A stretch of DNA of 64,000 bases, taken from NCBI RefSeq assembly GCF_006345805.1, contig NC_043001.1:113708001-113772000 (forward strand). The letters are read 5' to 3'. The number at the start of each line of letters is the position of its first letter. Position 1 is the first letter of the stretch. Origin of the DNA: Octopus sinensis. Lineage: Eukaryota. A model generated the notes under the pieces. It had not been told where the DNA came from. It did not search any database and saw nothing but the letters and a program-made list of their open reading frames with translations. Positions 29,011 through 43,039 of this stretch are shown here, one piece after another. The position numbers and the translations under genes were made by a program.

Positions 29011-31678
29011 ACTCATTCTCTACTGTGTAATAAAATGTCTCGTATAATTTTCCGTCAGAATAGGGATGGAATAGCACAAATTGTTGCTTGTCTAAATAAA
29101 TATTTTCCAAAATTTAGTTTTATCTCTTTGCAGCGTGAGTTCACATCCCTCTAGGTATGATTCACCTTTTATTATCCAGTTTCCGTCGATAAAATACTGT
29201 AACAGTAAAACCTCATTTTCGACTTAATCACCTTGAACCATCTCCCTTAGGTCATTTCTCTTTCCGCATAAAATAAGTAAACAGAATAAAAGTATTGACT
29301 TTTGAGAGCTGGTAGAACATCATAATCTATTCCTTAGAATGCAGAGATTCGTCCTCTTTTTACAGTGAGATTATCTAGGCTTCTATGAGTATGATCCAGT
29401 GGCACCATCTGCATTAAGAAACAATAGTTAAGTTAGTATAAACATATATAATTAATGGATTATAAATCAAGAAAGAACGAAATGACGAAAATATAATGTT
29501 AGACAAGGATGAATGTTATTTTCATTTTCTCGGTAACAAGTCAGGAGACTTCTGCGAAGATGATCTCACCAACGAAGTATAGAGTTCATCGCAATTACGG
29601 ATGCAGTGGTACGAGAAATCGTTTTGTAAATTACACGATTGTAATTAAGTTAGTGTAAAAATATTTAATATAAGAGGAACGAAAAATTAACAAAGCATAA
29701 TTATGTGCTGTAAGAAAGATAATGTCACCTCGATGGCTTATGATATTTTAATAGTTTCGAGGATATGAGAAGCAACCTCGAACATGTTTTGGCTTTGTTA
29801 AACCTCCTCAGCTAATTGTAGGGTACAACGGACTTGAAAAAATAGTTATAGAAAAATTATCAAATAGAGATATAAAATAGTGAACAAGATTAGGTGTGAA
29901 ATATTAATATTATTAACTAAATAAATATCTGAGATCCATTACTCTGAGATGTCATCCACCTTTTGGTTAACAATAATTAATTTAGTAGTAACATATCTAA
30001 TGCAATGGGCATCAGAAATCCCATTGCACAATAAAAATGCGGTGATTTCAGGAGACAACTCTCGAAATGTTTTGGTTTTACTATACACCCTCAGCTAATC
30101 ATCATTTTATAGATGTTGCCGTAGTAGTACTGCGAAGCCGTACACTGCTTTATTAGATATGCAACACATGCAAGAACATTTATATAGCTGTACATCGATT
30201 GTCGGAGAAAATTATTTAGGAAATAATTAAGAAGCACCATTGATATGTATCTCTGCGCGCACACACACACACATACACACACATACACACACATATGGGT
30301 AACATAATCTTAACATATTTACAGCATGGTTAATTTAAAACACGAGAAACCATAGTTTGTGTAGCTGGGTAAGTCAATACTAGGTAATGATTAATATTAT
30401 TTTACTTATTTCCGGCAATTACCGCTGCAAATCCAAACATAAGTGCGGTTTTATATTTATGTGATCAGTGAAGCGTAAACCTTATGATAGTAACAGCATT
30501 ATTATTATCATTATTAAATATGTTTGCATTAACTCACCGATTGATTTTTATTCACATAGTATGTCTGAACTATTTAATTCCGACAGAATTCCATTATGTT
30601 GCAGCAACAATTGTGAATTGTGTTAGATTTACTTACATCATTAAATCGATAATTATAGTGAATGATAGATACCTTTCCCTGATGAATTCAGGATATGACA
30701 GAAACATGTCCGTAGTTGCTTTGCTCATTATTTTATTTTCTGTTTAATAACAATATCGTAGAAAGATGTGTGGTCAATCTTTACTTTGAAAACATAGATA
30801 AGGAGAGTGCACCAGTGAGAGAGACAGTACTGGAGTATAATTGTTAATGATTGTTAAATCCCGCGATTTCTTAATGTAATTCTCAGGTTGAAACGACATG
30901 TCAGTGTCTGATACTTTGAATCATGGAACGATCCATTCGATAGAATTCCTCTGAGTTAGAAACTACACAATTTCTTCCAGAAAGCCTGTTGACTCGAGGC
31001 ATGGCAAAAGAAATAAATAACAGAAATGTGTCCATTGCAATGCGCTGGTTTCGAACCAGAAATCGCATAATTTCAACGTGTATTACTTCGGACTTCAGCC
31101 GTGATTAAAATATACTGTACCTTTCAAATGAGCCAATCTATTTGTAAGAATAAGACATAATAACAGAAACAGAGATAATATTTTAAACAGTGGTTGCAAT
31201 ACTCAAAATTTCTAAATATTTGTTGACTGAACGCGATCGAAAATTATCGCCATTTATATATATTTTATCCAGTATGAACATGCTCCTGTTGTCGTTTTTG
31301 TTTTATATTTCCAGATGATCTCACAGAAAGTACTCCTACCCACAACAGCAGTCCAATCGTAATCATCCAAGTTTTTCTCTTTCATGCACCATATTTCCTC
31401 TCTTGAAGTATGTCATATAGGAATTGTACAGAGATTTAACCAATTCAAGGAAGGAGGTAGGATTCCTTATTCTTTCGTTGAGCATCTGTCATGGTTGGTG
31501 GAATGCATAAAAAATGCTTTGGTTCCGTCTCCTAAAAAACGACAAAATGTTCAGCAACATTTTTAGTGAGGATATCCCTTTTTCTATCATCCTAATAGGA
31601 TAATAAAAAGAAATGTTTATCCATAACGACAAAGGAATTTGATAATCAGCCTCTATCGTTATCGCTTTATATATATAT

Positions 31679-31722
<44 letters not shown>

Positions 31723-31785
31723 ATATATATCAATAAATATATATATATATAAATAATATATATATATATATTATATATATATATA

Positions 31786-31825
<40 letters not shown>

Positions 31826-31904
31826 TATAATATATATATATATAAATAAATATATATATATATATATAATATATATATATATATAATAATAAATATATAT
31901 ATAT

Positions 31905-31936
<32 letters not shown>

Positions 31937-31942
31937 ATATAT

Positions 31943-31974
<32 letters not shown>

Positions 31975-32191
31975 CGCGTGTGTGTTATATTTTCCAAAAA
32001 ATATATGTTTATGTATGTATGCGTGATTGTGTCCATCGCTTTATGTTTGTATGTAGTTATATGCGTAACTGTGTGTCAATGCACATTTAAGTATAGATAA
32101 AAGACGGTTTATACATATATGAGTAGTAATAGGTTTAAATATGGATATCCACACACACACACATACGTATATACATACATACTTATCTATC

Positions 32192-32251
<60 letters not shown>

Positions 32252-33250
32252 GTGTGAGTGTGGTGGGGGTGTATATATGCGCGCACAAAATCACATAATT
32301 AATTAGATTAAATGCGCCCGTTGGCTTGAGAAAATATGTTTTAGAATAAAAGATAATAAAAGAAATAAAACAATAAGTAAGCCTATATCATGTAGATACA
32401 GTCACATACGCACTGACACATACTGTAATATAAAATTTTGCATAAGGTAACATATGCAAGAGTGATACAGTTGCTCGCATATACATCAATTAGCAGTTTT
32501 CCTCCTATATGATATATGTGAATTAATATACCTTTGTATAATGCGCTTAAGAATTAACGATATATGCCTGCTTATATATGTATATATAGTTATGGATATA
32601 TATGTATGTATAGCTGTAGATACGTGCATGTGATACTCCATCTATATGCGTATACATTCATGAATTCATTATTTGTTTGCATGCGCGTTTTTGTTTTATG
32701 GGCGCTTGCATCTTAATAGTAAGAAATTAAATTAAAATTTTAATACTGTTCTGTTAACGATAACCACATGGGATTGAATTATGTCTCTAGTTTCAACATC
32801 GTTAATAAGCTATCACGCCGTTAATAAGACTTTATGCAAGGTATCTTCGGAAATGTTGTACCCTTAAAATACTACCAGGGAATAATTTCTATGGCAACTG
32901 AACGTTAATTCAGTTTTAATATAGGTAGATGTTCGAGAATGAAATAATGCAGAGCGGAAATACACAGTGTTGTTCAACAATTGAGCAATTATTTAATAGA
33001 GATTACTTCGAACTAATAGGCTGAGAAATATATGTGAGCGAAATATGTATGTGTGTGTTTAAGTACATACTTACTCACACACACACACACATACACACAC
33101 ACACACACATATATATATATAAATCATTAAGGTGGCTATTGCCAGAACTAGCCAGAACAACTCATAACCACATGATCTCATTATAAATCTAATTAGTTGT
33201 AACGGCTACAGAGTCAAGAAATTCTCTTTGAATCTGTTGGTTTCCTGTTC

Positions 33251-33480
33251 AATACCCATTTCTTTATTACCCATAAGGGGCTAAACATAGAGGGGACAAA
33301 CAAGGACAGACATAGGTATTAAGTCGATTACATCGACCCCAGCGCGTAACTGGTACTTAATTTATCGACCCCGAAAGGATGAAAGGCAAAGTCGACCTCG
33401 GCGGAATTTGAACTCACAATGTAACGGCAGACGAAATACTGTTAAGTATTTCGTCCGGCGTGCTAACGTCTCTGCCAGCT
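33251..33480 (-). mobile_element. Complete SINE family A copy
   Basis: Near-identical reverse complement of 1184-1419, including the A/B boxes and the 3' tail. Confidence 0.9.
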
Positions 33481-33579
33481 TCCTGTTCAATACCACTGCA
33501 GAGTATATTCAACACGTGTCTTCTGTCATACTCTCGGATCAGCCAGTGGTTTGAGAATGAAATTTGGTGGACGTAAGTT

Positions 33580-34241
33580 CGGATCTTTACCTTTTGACCT
33601 ACAGATTTAAAAAATAATTTATTGTAACTAAACACTTTCAAACTTCGGACACTGGTAGAATGTGTCAAATAAAATATATTTTACTCTTTGCATTTTTGAG
33701 AAAAACTTATATATACGAAATAATTTCACGTCAAAGTTGTCCTATTTCGGTAATTTCAACCAATCAATGACGTGTATTCAGCTGAATAAAATTACTGCCG
33801 TTGTTTGTCAACAACAACTATCGGCGATGTATTTTTCGTTTGTCACTGTTATTTATGACATCGTTCGTGCGTTTGTACTGGTTTTAGCTTTAAGGTGTTA
33901 GGGTTAGGGTTTTAGGGTTAGGTTAGTGCTTTAGGGTTGGGGTTAGAGTTTTAGGGTTAGGGTTTTCATAAATAACAGTGATAAACGAAAAATACACTGC
34001 CGGAAGTTCTTGTTAACAAACAACAGCAGTAATTTTATTCAACTGAATACACGTCATTGATTGAAATTACCGAAATAGGACAACTTTAAAGTGAAATAAG
34101 TTCGTAAATCAAAGTTTTTCTCAAAAATGCTAAGAGTAAAATATGTTTCATATGACACATTCTACAAGTGTCCGAAGTTTGAAAGTGTTTCGTTACAAAA
34201 AATTATTTTTTAAATCTGTAGATCTAAAGGTAAAGGATCCG
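33580..34241. mobile_element. Foldback / non-autonomous TIR element with a telomeric-repeat core
   Basis: About 277-bp inverted arms (33580-33858 and 33966-34241) enclose about 107 bp that includes degenerate TTAGGG repeats (33897-33965). Confidence 0.8.
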
Positions 34242-35174
34242 TAAATTCTATATAAGCCCGACCGTTCTTTATCTTGGAAGATGTTAAATCGTTCCCCAGT
34301 TGAACACTACTGTGTGGCATATGTACGGGGAGTATAAACGTTCATGCTAGGTGCCCTGTCTAATGATAACACCATTGTGCTCCTACCTTTCCCTACACAG
34401 GTTCTTAAAGCTCCTGAAAAGACTGACTTCTTCTCTCTTTCCTCTTTTCAATAAACACAAAAAGGCAAAACAGAAAAAAAAAAACTCTTGTGAGATATAT
34501 TTCAACACTTTTTACATAGAATCTTATGGTCAATGCGTAACTTATCCTACGTGGTCGCTCTGTTTGATATATATAGCAGCCAAATCTCCCTCAAAGTCAA
34601 TCTCGACAACAGAAGGAACACATTGGAAGATGTAGCGCTAGATATTTAAAAAATACGTCATAGTTTGCTTCATCGAGATAGCTTTTGACCGTAAGTTTAC
34701 TCAGCAAGGCCTCATATGCCAACAAGCAACAACGATAAGACATCACATTATATAGAAACCGCTCCACTACATGCCAACCTCTAAGATATCATATATCTCA
34801 TTCAGCTTTGGTTCATTATACACGGACAATAGATGACAAGACATTACAGCCAAATTCTCAGTTAGCTCTTATCGAAAAGCGAACATATGTTAAGCAACAA
34901 GACATTAACCAACTCCTTATTTACACGGCAGCGTTTCTCTATCACAATCGGGACTTATATCTAGATCACAGTTCAATTGTGTAATTATCTTTATACATTT
35001 CATAATTTGAGGAATAATTCAAAGACGGTTATTTGCTCCAAGGTGTGCAGCGCTCAGTTAGCCTCATTAGATGTGTATTCAACGTAGACTCGGATAAATC
35101 TCGGTGGAGGCAATATTTTCCTTTGTCGGTTTTACCAATAGCAATATTAAAATTATCTTTCACGTCATTTCTCC

Positions 35175-35299
35175 TTCCTTTCTTTCTTCCTTCCTTCCTT
35201 CCTTCCTTCCTTCCTTCCTTCCTTCCTTCCTTCCTTCCTTCCTTCCTTCCTTCCTTTCTTTCTTTCTTTCCGTCTTTCTTCACTCTTTCTTTGTTTGTT

Positions 35300-35377
<78 letters not shown>
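35175..35377. repeat. (TTCC)n followed by (TATC)n; 5' flank of the Tx1 array
   Basis: Direct reading; pure TATC runs from 35301 to 35377. Confidence 0.95.
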
Positions 35378-36484
35378 GAATGGCACCGCGAGTGTCGCGT
35401 TGCTCTCAAGCAACTCTGCCGTTCCTGGGTCGACCTTAAGTGACTTCAACACAACCAAAGCATTCTATAGGGGTTTAGTGGAGGGGAGGTACGACGACGA
35501 GCTCGGGGCGAACCTGGACGTCGACGAGGAGTACCTGACCCGCCTGTTCGGGACGACTTTCGGGCCAGGGCATGGACAACTTCCAGAGATCCCTGGCCTG
35601 GCAGTGCTACCGAGAAGCGCTACCCGTTCGGGATAAGCTCTACAGACACGGCTCGAGAAACACGGGGCCGACCTGCCCCGAGATGCGGTCAGAGCGACGA
35701 AACCGTTCTGCACGCACTCGTTCAGTGTCCAACAATTTCGACCTGTGGGCTTATGTCGAACAACTGCTGTCACGTGTGGGACGAGTCGGTTTATCAGCTG
35801 AGTCTATCGTCAATATTGTCACGCCTCCTTCCTTCAAACGGGAAGGAAGAGCTATTTTCATCATCCTTGTGGCTATGGCGAAAGAATGTATCTGGTGGAC
35901 GCGTCTCTGAAAGGATTGGAGACAAACACTTTCCTCTCTGGTCAATCTCTCATCAACTTCTTCAAGTACCACTTGAAAAGGAAAGTGAGAGTAGAGAGGC
36001 AAGTTTGTCTAGCGAATGTTTTAAAAAAAGATGGTGAATGTAGCAAGAATGGCACGTATGAATGACGAAGCCACCTTGAGCATAGTCCTATGACCCAGAA
36101 ATCGAAAACAGAGAGTTGCTTATTTGCAAAAAAAAAAAAAAAAAAAAGAAATATAAATGTGACTTCATTGACCGAGGTTACCGTGGTCTTTCCGCAGGCT
36201 TTCTTTCCACGGGTAAACCTCACCTGTCCTCCCTTTACACTTCATATTGACATTTCTGTGATAACGATCCCTATGATCATTTTTTTTTTCCTCTCCCCCC
36301 TTTTTTTTTTTTTTTTTTAACCCCCCTTATTTTTGTCCTCTTTCTCTCCTTTTACGATCCCTTTTGATCGAACCTCCCCTTCTTTTTTTTTTTTTTTTTT
36401 TTTTTAATACCTTCAAAAGAAAAGCTTCTACCTTGTAAATTTGTTCTATCTGTGTGCAGCCCTTGTGTGGCTAATAAAGAAACA
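35378..36484 (+). mobile_element. Tx1-clade LINE copy A, 5'-truncated (C-terminal ORF2 + 3' UTR)
   Basis: Encodes EWHRECRVALKQLCR...WQCYREALPVRDKLYRHG..GPTCP (zf-RVT region); nearly identical to 49673-50801; AATAAA at 36473. Confidence 0.93.
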
Positions 36485-36756
36485 TATCTATATCTATCTA
36501 TCTATCTATCTATATGTTGTTTTCTGTCTATCTATCTATCTGGAGTATTACTCTATCTATCTATCTATCTGTCTGTCGATTATCTATCTATCTATTATAT
36601 CTTCTATCTATCTATCTATCTACTCTATCTGTCGTGGTGTCTGTCGCTATTATCTGTCTGTCTATCTATCTATCTATCTGTCTGTCTATCTATCTATCTA
36701 TCCACCACGAGGCTGAGGTGCAGTCAAGCGTGACGCGAGAGAAACAGAAAAACAGG

Positions 36757-38870
36757 ATGCTCTGTTAGCATACGCCGAACCTGACAACTCCACCACCACC
36801 AACAGCAACAAATACAAAACAAAGGTCGCAAGGCCAAGCACCGTCAACACCATCAGTGAGTCCGCCACGACCACCAACACCATGGCAGAATCTGCTACTA
36901 AAACTGCTATCCCTACTAAAGATATCGCCACCAATAACAAACACCACCTCACCTCACCCAACCAAAGACCGTGCCGTCAATGCTACTAATACTACCAACC
37001 ACCCGCCGTCACCAAGAACGACAATAACAACAACACAACAAAACGACGACAAACAACAATTCCCTTCAACCACTGCTCACTCCATCACCACAAGTGAAAA
37101 AATAACGACGACAAGCAAACGAAATGTCGAAATTTGCCCTAGTGCAGGACTAAAGTACGCAGGCAATTTTCCACCCCTTCCTACTTGCACGATCGAACCA
37201 AACACACCAATTTTACAAACTGCAGCCAACAAACAACATCACCACAAGCAACAACAATAACAAAACAACAACAAATTTCGCTGAGGCGAATTAAAGAAAA
37301 AAAAACAACAATATACTTTACGGCTCAACAATACAGGACACGAACATCAAAATAACAGAATCAGAAGGTATAGTAAAAATAAACATACCAGAAGATATTT
37401 TGGAAAATGAAAAAAGACGAACAATCATTTATAAAATAGTTAACAAAAAAACAAAAATCCCAGAGAAGGCCAACACAAGCAAAATAGAGAAGTGCTTGAA
37501 ACCCATCTGGGATCACAAAGAATATGTAACCTGGTGGAACAAATTTGCCCACATACAAGTTGTTTTCTACACCGAAGAGTTAGCTAGACATTTCTCAACG
37601 CTAACTCTTCACTCAGATGAACTCCAACTTACACCAAGCTATCGGGGACAGAAAGTGACTAAGATCACTCTAAACAATGTCCCCAAAATAGCCAATAGTC
37701 TATGGCTTGTAAAGGCCTTATGCGTAAAAATGGCGAATTATACTATTTGGAAACCACAGTCACAGAGCATAAAAACTGGGTGGGAAAAAAAGTAGAATTT
37801 CTTCTACACATACATCATGAAGATATAAAAAAAATACCCACCCAGATATGTGTATCAGACGACCACAAGTTATATGTGGTCGTCGATGGCAGAAGACCAC
37901 GTTGCTACATATGCGGCAGTGAGCAACACCTAAAAAAGACTGCAAATCTGCCGCAAGAAAACAACAGCAACAACAACAGCAGCCGGAAACAAAAACAAAT
38001 AAACAAGGTTTACTACCCACACCATTTTGCAGGAACAAACCTCACCAAACAAACAACCACACCAACTGCAGCACCAAGAACAGAAGCAGCATCACCAACA
38101 ACAACAACCAAGAATATACCAACTCCCAAACCAAGGACATCTGCCAAAAAGACACCCAGCAAAAATGAAGAAACAATTACAACTCCAAATCCCCACAAAA
38201 TGAGACCCTAACAACACAACAATACCCACAATCACTCAAACACAAAATACCCAAACCCCACATCCAAAACCGCATACACCACAACCAAACGCTCACCAAC
38301 CAACACCAACAACAAAACCAACACAGTCGACAATAGACCCCAATACTTTCCCTCTTCCAGACTCCGATTCGTCTGATCTGTCATTAGACGAAGAAGACAC
38401 GGAAGATTGGCAAATAGCCACAGGGGGGAGAAGAAAAAGGGGAAAAAAAAGAAAAGAAAAAATAACAACAAAGCGGGAAGATACACCACTCCCGAAACAA
38501 AAACATCCACAGAAAACACACACATCAACACAAACACACCATCATCAAACCCCCAAAAATGTTGACAGCCATAAACACAAACAACCACGACCTAATGGAA
38601 CACATTAGGTCAAACACTAACATTACTGAAAACGACATAAAAACAAGTAACCACCACACACACAACACCACCACAACACATTAAAATAATACACGTGACA
38701 CAGAACACATACAGCACCCTGAAATCTCTTTACCCTGATGCAGTAGGGAGATTTCAAAAGTACTCATCGAAAAAACTGTATAAAGCCTCATAGAAGAAGA
38801 CCGTGAGGTGAAAGACAAAGAACTTTCGAAAACAAGTAACCTTTTTTCTCTCCTTTTCCTTTTTTGCACT
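36757..38870 (+). CDS. Tx1 copy B ORF1 (gag-like, zinc knuckle), frameshifted in this sequence
   Basis: Track ORFs 36856-37260, 37400-37795 and 37702-38211 (RPRCYICGSEQHLKK); homologous to copy C ORF1. The boundaries are approximate. Confidence 0.7.
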
Positions 38871-38881
38871 TTTATCGGAAC

Positions 38882-41800
38882 ATGCTCAGAATAGGTAGTA
38901 TAAATGTACGTGGCTTGGGGTCGCCTTGGAAACAAGGCTACCTGTTAAATGACATCAAGTCACTAAATCTGAATATCATAGCCATCAGTGAGACCAGACT
39001 CCACAGCTTGCGGGCACTCCAGCACATTTTCGGTACACATTTCAACATTTATTTTTCTCCGTGTCTACCGAGAATGGGCGGAGGTGGCACGCGCGGTGCT
39101 TATCCGGAAGAGTCTGGATCTCAAAGTAAGAGCAAATTTCCTAGACCCGGAGGGTAGGCTGGTCGTTTTTGGATGTCGATGGCAGCAATGAGTGTGCTTT
39201 TCGACTGATAGCAGTTTATGCTCCGTCCTTAACAGGCCGACCAGATTTCTTTCGACGTCTAGAGTCTTTCATGGGAACGTCTCGTCCTTTACTTTTAGTG
39301 GGGGATTGGAATGCCACCCTGGACACGCATCTAGACTACGTGGGCAGAGATAGCAATAGAAGGGGATGCAAATGCCTCAAAGACCTGCTCAGACGTTTCC
39401 AACTGTCTGACAGGTACCGACTGGACCACCCGAATGTGCCAATGTGGACATGGAGTAACCGCATCGGGTCGTCCAGATCATACTTAGATAGAGTATTCTG
39501 TAGGACAATAGATAAAAATAGTGTAGGTTGTCCACAATTTCATATAGTCAGTTACACAGATCACAAGTTTGTGACTTGTACACTTGACTTAGATAAGACA
39601 CATAGGCAGGGTCCTGGTTACTGGAAACTGAACGCGTCTTTTACAGCACGACAGGTTTACAGGGACCGGATCAGCACATTAGTTAAGAGAGCTTTGACGG
39701 GTACCATCATCAACAACAGATGGTGGTATGCCCTAAAAAAAGCGATTAAAGCAGAATCAGTCAGATACAGTAGAGCCCTAGCATTAGACCGAAATAGAAT
39801 AGAGGGAGATTTAGTTAAGGTTTTAGAAGAGGCACTTAGAACTGGCATCGCGTCCAACGTACTGGCGGCGAGATTGGCCCTCGACCAACACCTCAACGCC
39901 AAACACGAGGGATGCGTTGTCAGAGCTAGGATGCGTGCTCTGAGGAACGAAGGAGTTGGAGCCGCCCAAGAGGCCCGAGTGGTGGAGACGCAACGAGGCA
40001 ACAGAGCCACCATCAAGTCTCTTATAGATGAACAGGGGCGCGAATTGCTCGAGCCTAAAAGGATGTGTGGGGTTTTTCAACAACACTTCACCCAACTGTT
40101 TGGGACAAGTGGTGAGTCAGAAAGCAGAGTGGACTTTAGTTTCTACCTGCATGCCTTGCCACGACTCTCAGCAAGGGAGGTGGAGTCTTGTGAAAAGCCT
40201 ATCACAGCTACGGACGTACAGGATGCGATGGTAGGCTGCGCGAGAGTCACCAGGCTTGGATGGTCTGCCCTACGAATTTTATTTTCATATGCCAGACTTG
40301 TTTGGAGGCGTCTTGGCAGCTGTCTACTGCAACTGGCAGCAGAACGGGAGTATTCCTGCTTTTGTAAAGCGAGGAGCAGTGGCACTGATCAAGAAAGACC
40401 CAAACAAGGGGGACGTCATAGATAATTTCAGGCCCATCACTCTGCTCAACGCAGATTTGAAAATTTTGGCCAAGGTGTTAGCCGAGAGGTTGGCGCTTGT
40501 CATCAAGAAACTAATCGACAAGGCGCAAACATGCGCCGTGCCGCGGGTAGAAGTATTCATGACAACCTCCATCTGATGCGCTACATCATAGACAGGGTAG
40601 TTAAAAATCCTGGCATGGGTGGGGCGCTGATCAATTTGGATCAATCAAAAGCCTTCGATAGGGTAGACCATCACTACTTGGAGGCTGTCCTCAAAGCGGC
40701 GGCTGGTTTCGGTCCAGTTTTCCGCGGTTGGATCGCTGCCTTATACAGCGGCATCCGCTCAGTAGTTCGCGTAAATGGTCATCTATCCAGACCTTTAACA
40801 TCATGCGTTCGGTTCGTCAGGGATGCCCCCTCTCATCGCTGCTGTATGTACTGACTCTTGAGCCACTACTGCGGAAACTGGCGACGCTGAGGGGCATCCC
40901 ACGAGAGCTGGGATGCGGGAGGAGCGTGTCTGCATACGCGGATGACGTCACCGTCATAGTGTCGAGCTACGAGCACATCGAGCTGGTCGGCGAGACACTG
41001 AAGAAATACGAAGCGGTAACGGGAGCAAAAATTAACCGGGAAAAGTCAGTGGGCTTGCGGCTCGGCACCTGGAGAAGCAAGCCCATGCCGTCCAACAGCG
41101 TCTCCATCGTGGGACGCTGGACGGACGGACCGGTTAAATTGCTCGGGGTCTGGTTCGGTCCGGACCTCCAAATGGAGAAGAACTGGGGCGAGATAACGAC
41201 TAGGGTGGCTACTCTCACCCAGAAATGGACTGAGAGAAAGCTATCCCTAAAAGGTCGGGCGGAGGTGGCGAACGCGTACATCGCATCCGTCATCGAGTAT
41301 CGTCTGACCGTCGTGCCTTGTCCCGACCCTACCATCACCAAACTGGAACGCATACTCTTCCGCTTCTTGTGGAAGGGAAACGTTCCGATGGTTAGGCGAT
41401 CCATTTGCTGCCAACACCCGCTAAATGGAGGGCTGGGCATGCCGTGGTTGATGATGCGCAGACATGCGCTGAGACTGCGACATCTCCGGCGCTTCATAGA
41501 CAACGGTGAACAGGGGTGGTCGCCTTTGTGCGGCGCGCTTTCCCGCAGCTCGTCTCCTTGGACGAACTACAGTCATGGATCAAGCAGAGACCGAGGCTAG
41601 GCGAATGGCACCGCGAGTGTCGCGTTGCTCTCAAGCAACTCTGCCGTCCGGGATCGAACTTGTGCGACTCCATCACAACAAAGGCATTCTATAGAGGATT
41701 AGTGGAGGGGAGGTGCGACGACGAACTCGGGCAGAGTCTGGGCGTCGACGAGGAACACCTGACCCGCCTGTTCAGGACAACTTTCGGGCCGGGACCTATG

Positions 41801-42318
41801 AACAATCACCAAAGATCCCTGGCCTGGCAGTGCTATCGAGAAGCATTACCTGTTCGGGATAAGCTCTACAGACACGGTTCCAGACACACTGGACCGACTT
41901 GCCCGAGATGCAGTCAGAGCGACGAAACCGTTCTGCACGCACTCGTGCAGTGTCCATCCATTTCGGACCTGTGGGCTTATGCCGAACGGCTGCTGTCACG
42001 TGTGGTACGAGTCCGCCTGTCGGCCGAGTCTATAGTGAGGATTGCTCCGCCCCTTCCCTCAACCGGGAAGGCAAGGCAGTTTTCATCGTACTGGTGGCCA
42101 TGGTGAAAGAATGTGTGTGGTGGACTCGAGCGAAAGGATTAGAGACAAACACTTACCTCTCTGGCCAATCGCTCATCAACTTTTTCAAGTACCACCTTGA
42201 AAAGGAAGGTGAGAATGGAGAGGGAAGTTTTGTCTCGCGAAAGATTCAAAAAAGATGGGTGAATGTTGCAAAGATGGTGCGTGCTAGTAACGAAACCATT
42301 TTGAGCATGATCCTGTAG
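38882..42318 (+). CDS. Tx1 copy B ORF2 (APE endonuclease + reverse transcriptase), frameshifted in this sequence
   Basis: APE motifs MLRIGSINVRGL, SETRL, VYAPS, GDWNA, YLDRV, TDH; RT motifs [49 protein letters not shown]; C-terminal CPRCSQSDETVLHALVQC. Confidence 0.92.
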
Positions 42319-42628
42319 ATCGTAAAAAAGAAAGAAAGAGAGCATTTTTGACCTCATGTGTTTATTTCCTCCCTGACTGGGTTCCCGTGGTCTTTTCTGT
42401 AGGCTTTTCTTCCCACGGATGAACCCAATCTTGTATATCAATGTTTACACCATTATTTCTGTGATACACGATTTTCTTTTTTTTCCTTTTTTTTCCTCCT
42501 CTCGATCCCTTTTGATCGCAATCTTACATTTTTATTTTTTTCCACCCTCGAAAAGAAAAGCTCTGCATTTGTATTTGTCCCTCTGTATTCAGCCCTGTGT
42601 GGCTAATAAGAAAGTTATCTATCTATCT

Positions 42629-42683
<55 letters not shown>

Positions 42684-42721
42684 GTCTATCGTCTATCTAT
42701 CTATCTGTCTATCTATATATA

Positions 42722-42772
<51 letters not shown>

Positions 42773-43039
42773 TGACGGATGTGATGTCGTTTCAGCTCCG
42801 AAGGTATCATTTATTTTGACTATTTATAGGCCAATTTTTGTGTAGATTTTTGCAAATAAGGTGTGTGTAGGCAACCAACTTTCATTTGAGTGCTTTTCCA
42901 AGGGAGGAATTCGCCCCTAGGGGCAGTTTCGACCCCATTTCATTTCTATTATTTTCTTCTCGACATTAGAAAATGTCTAGAAATTTTATTGTTGAACGCT
43001 GGTCGCGTTCTTTTTGGAACAACATTTTCCTAGTCTGGA

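Larger units (their letters stand above)
36703..42615 (+). mobile_element. Tx1-clade LINE copy B, near full length
   Basis: ORF1 with a zinc knuckle, ORF2 with APE, RT and zf-RVT, and a T-rich 3' UTR; (TATC)n on both sides. Confidence 0.95.

Noticed and set aside
31297-31415. Candidate host exon (tttccag acceptor, gtatgt donor)
   Set aside because: All three frames contain a stop before the donor, and there are no neighbouring exons to support it.
33897-33965. True telomere or chromosome-fusion site
   Set aside because: It is short, degenerate, single-orientation and enclosed by the arms of a foldback element.
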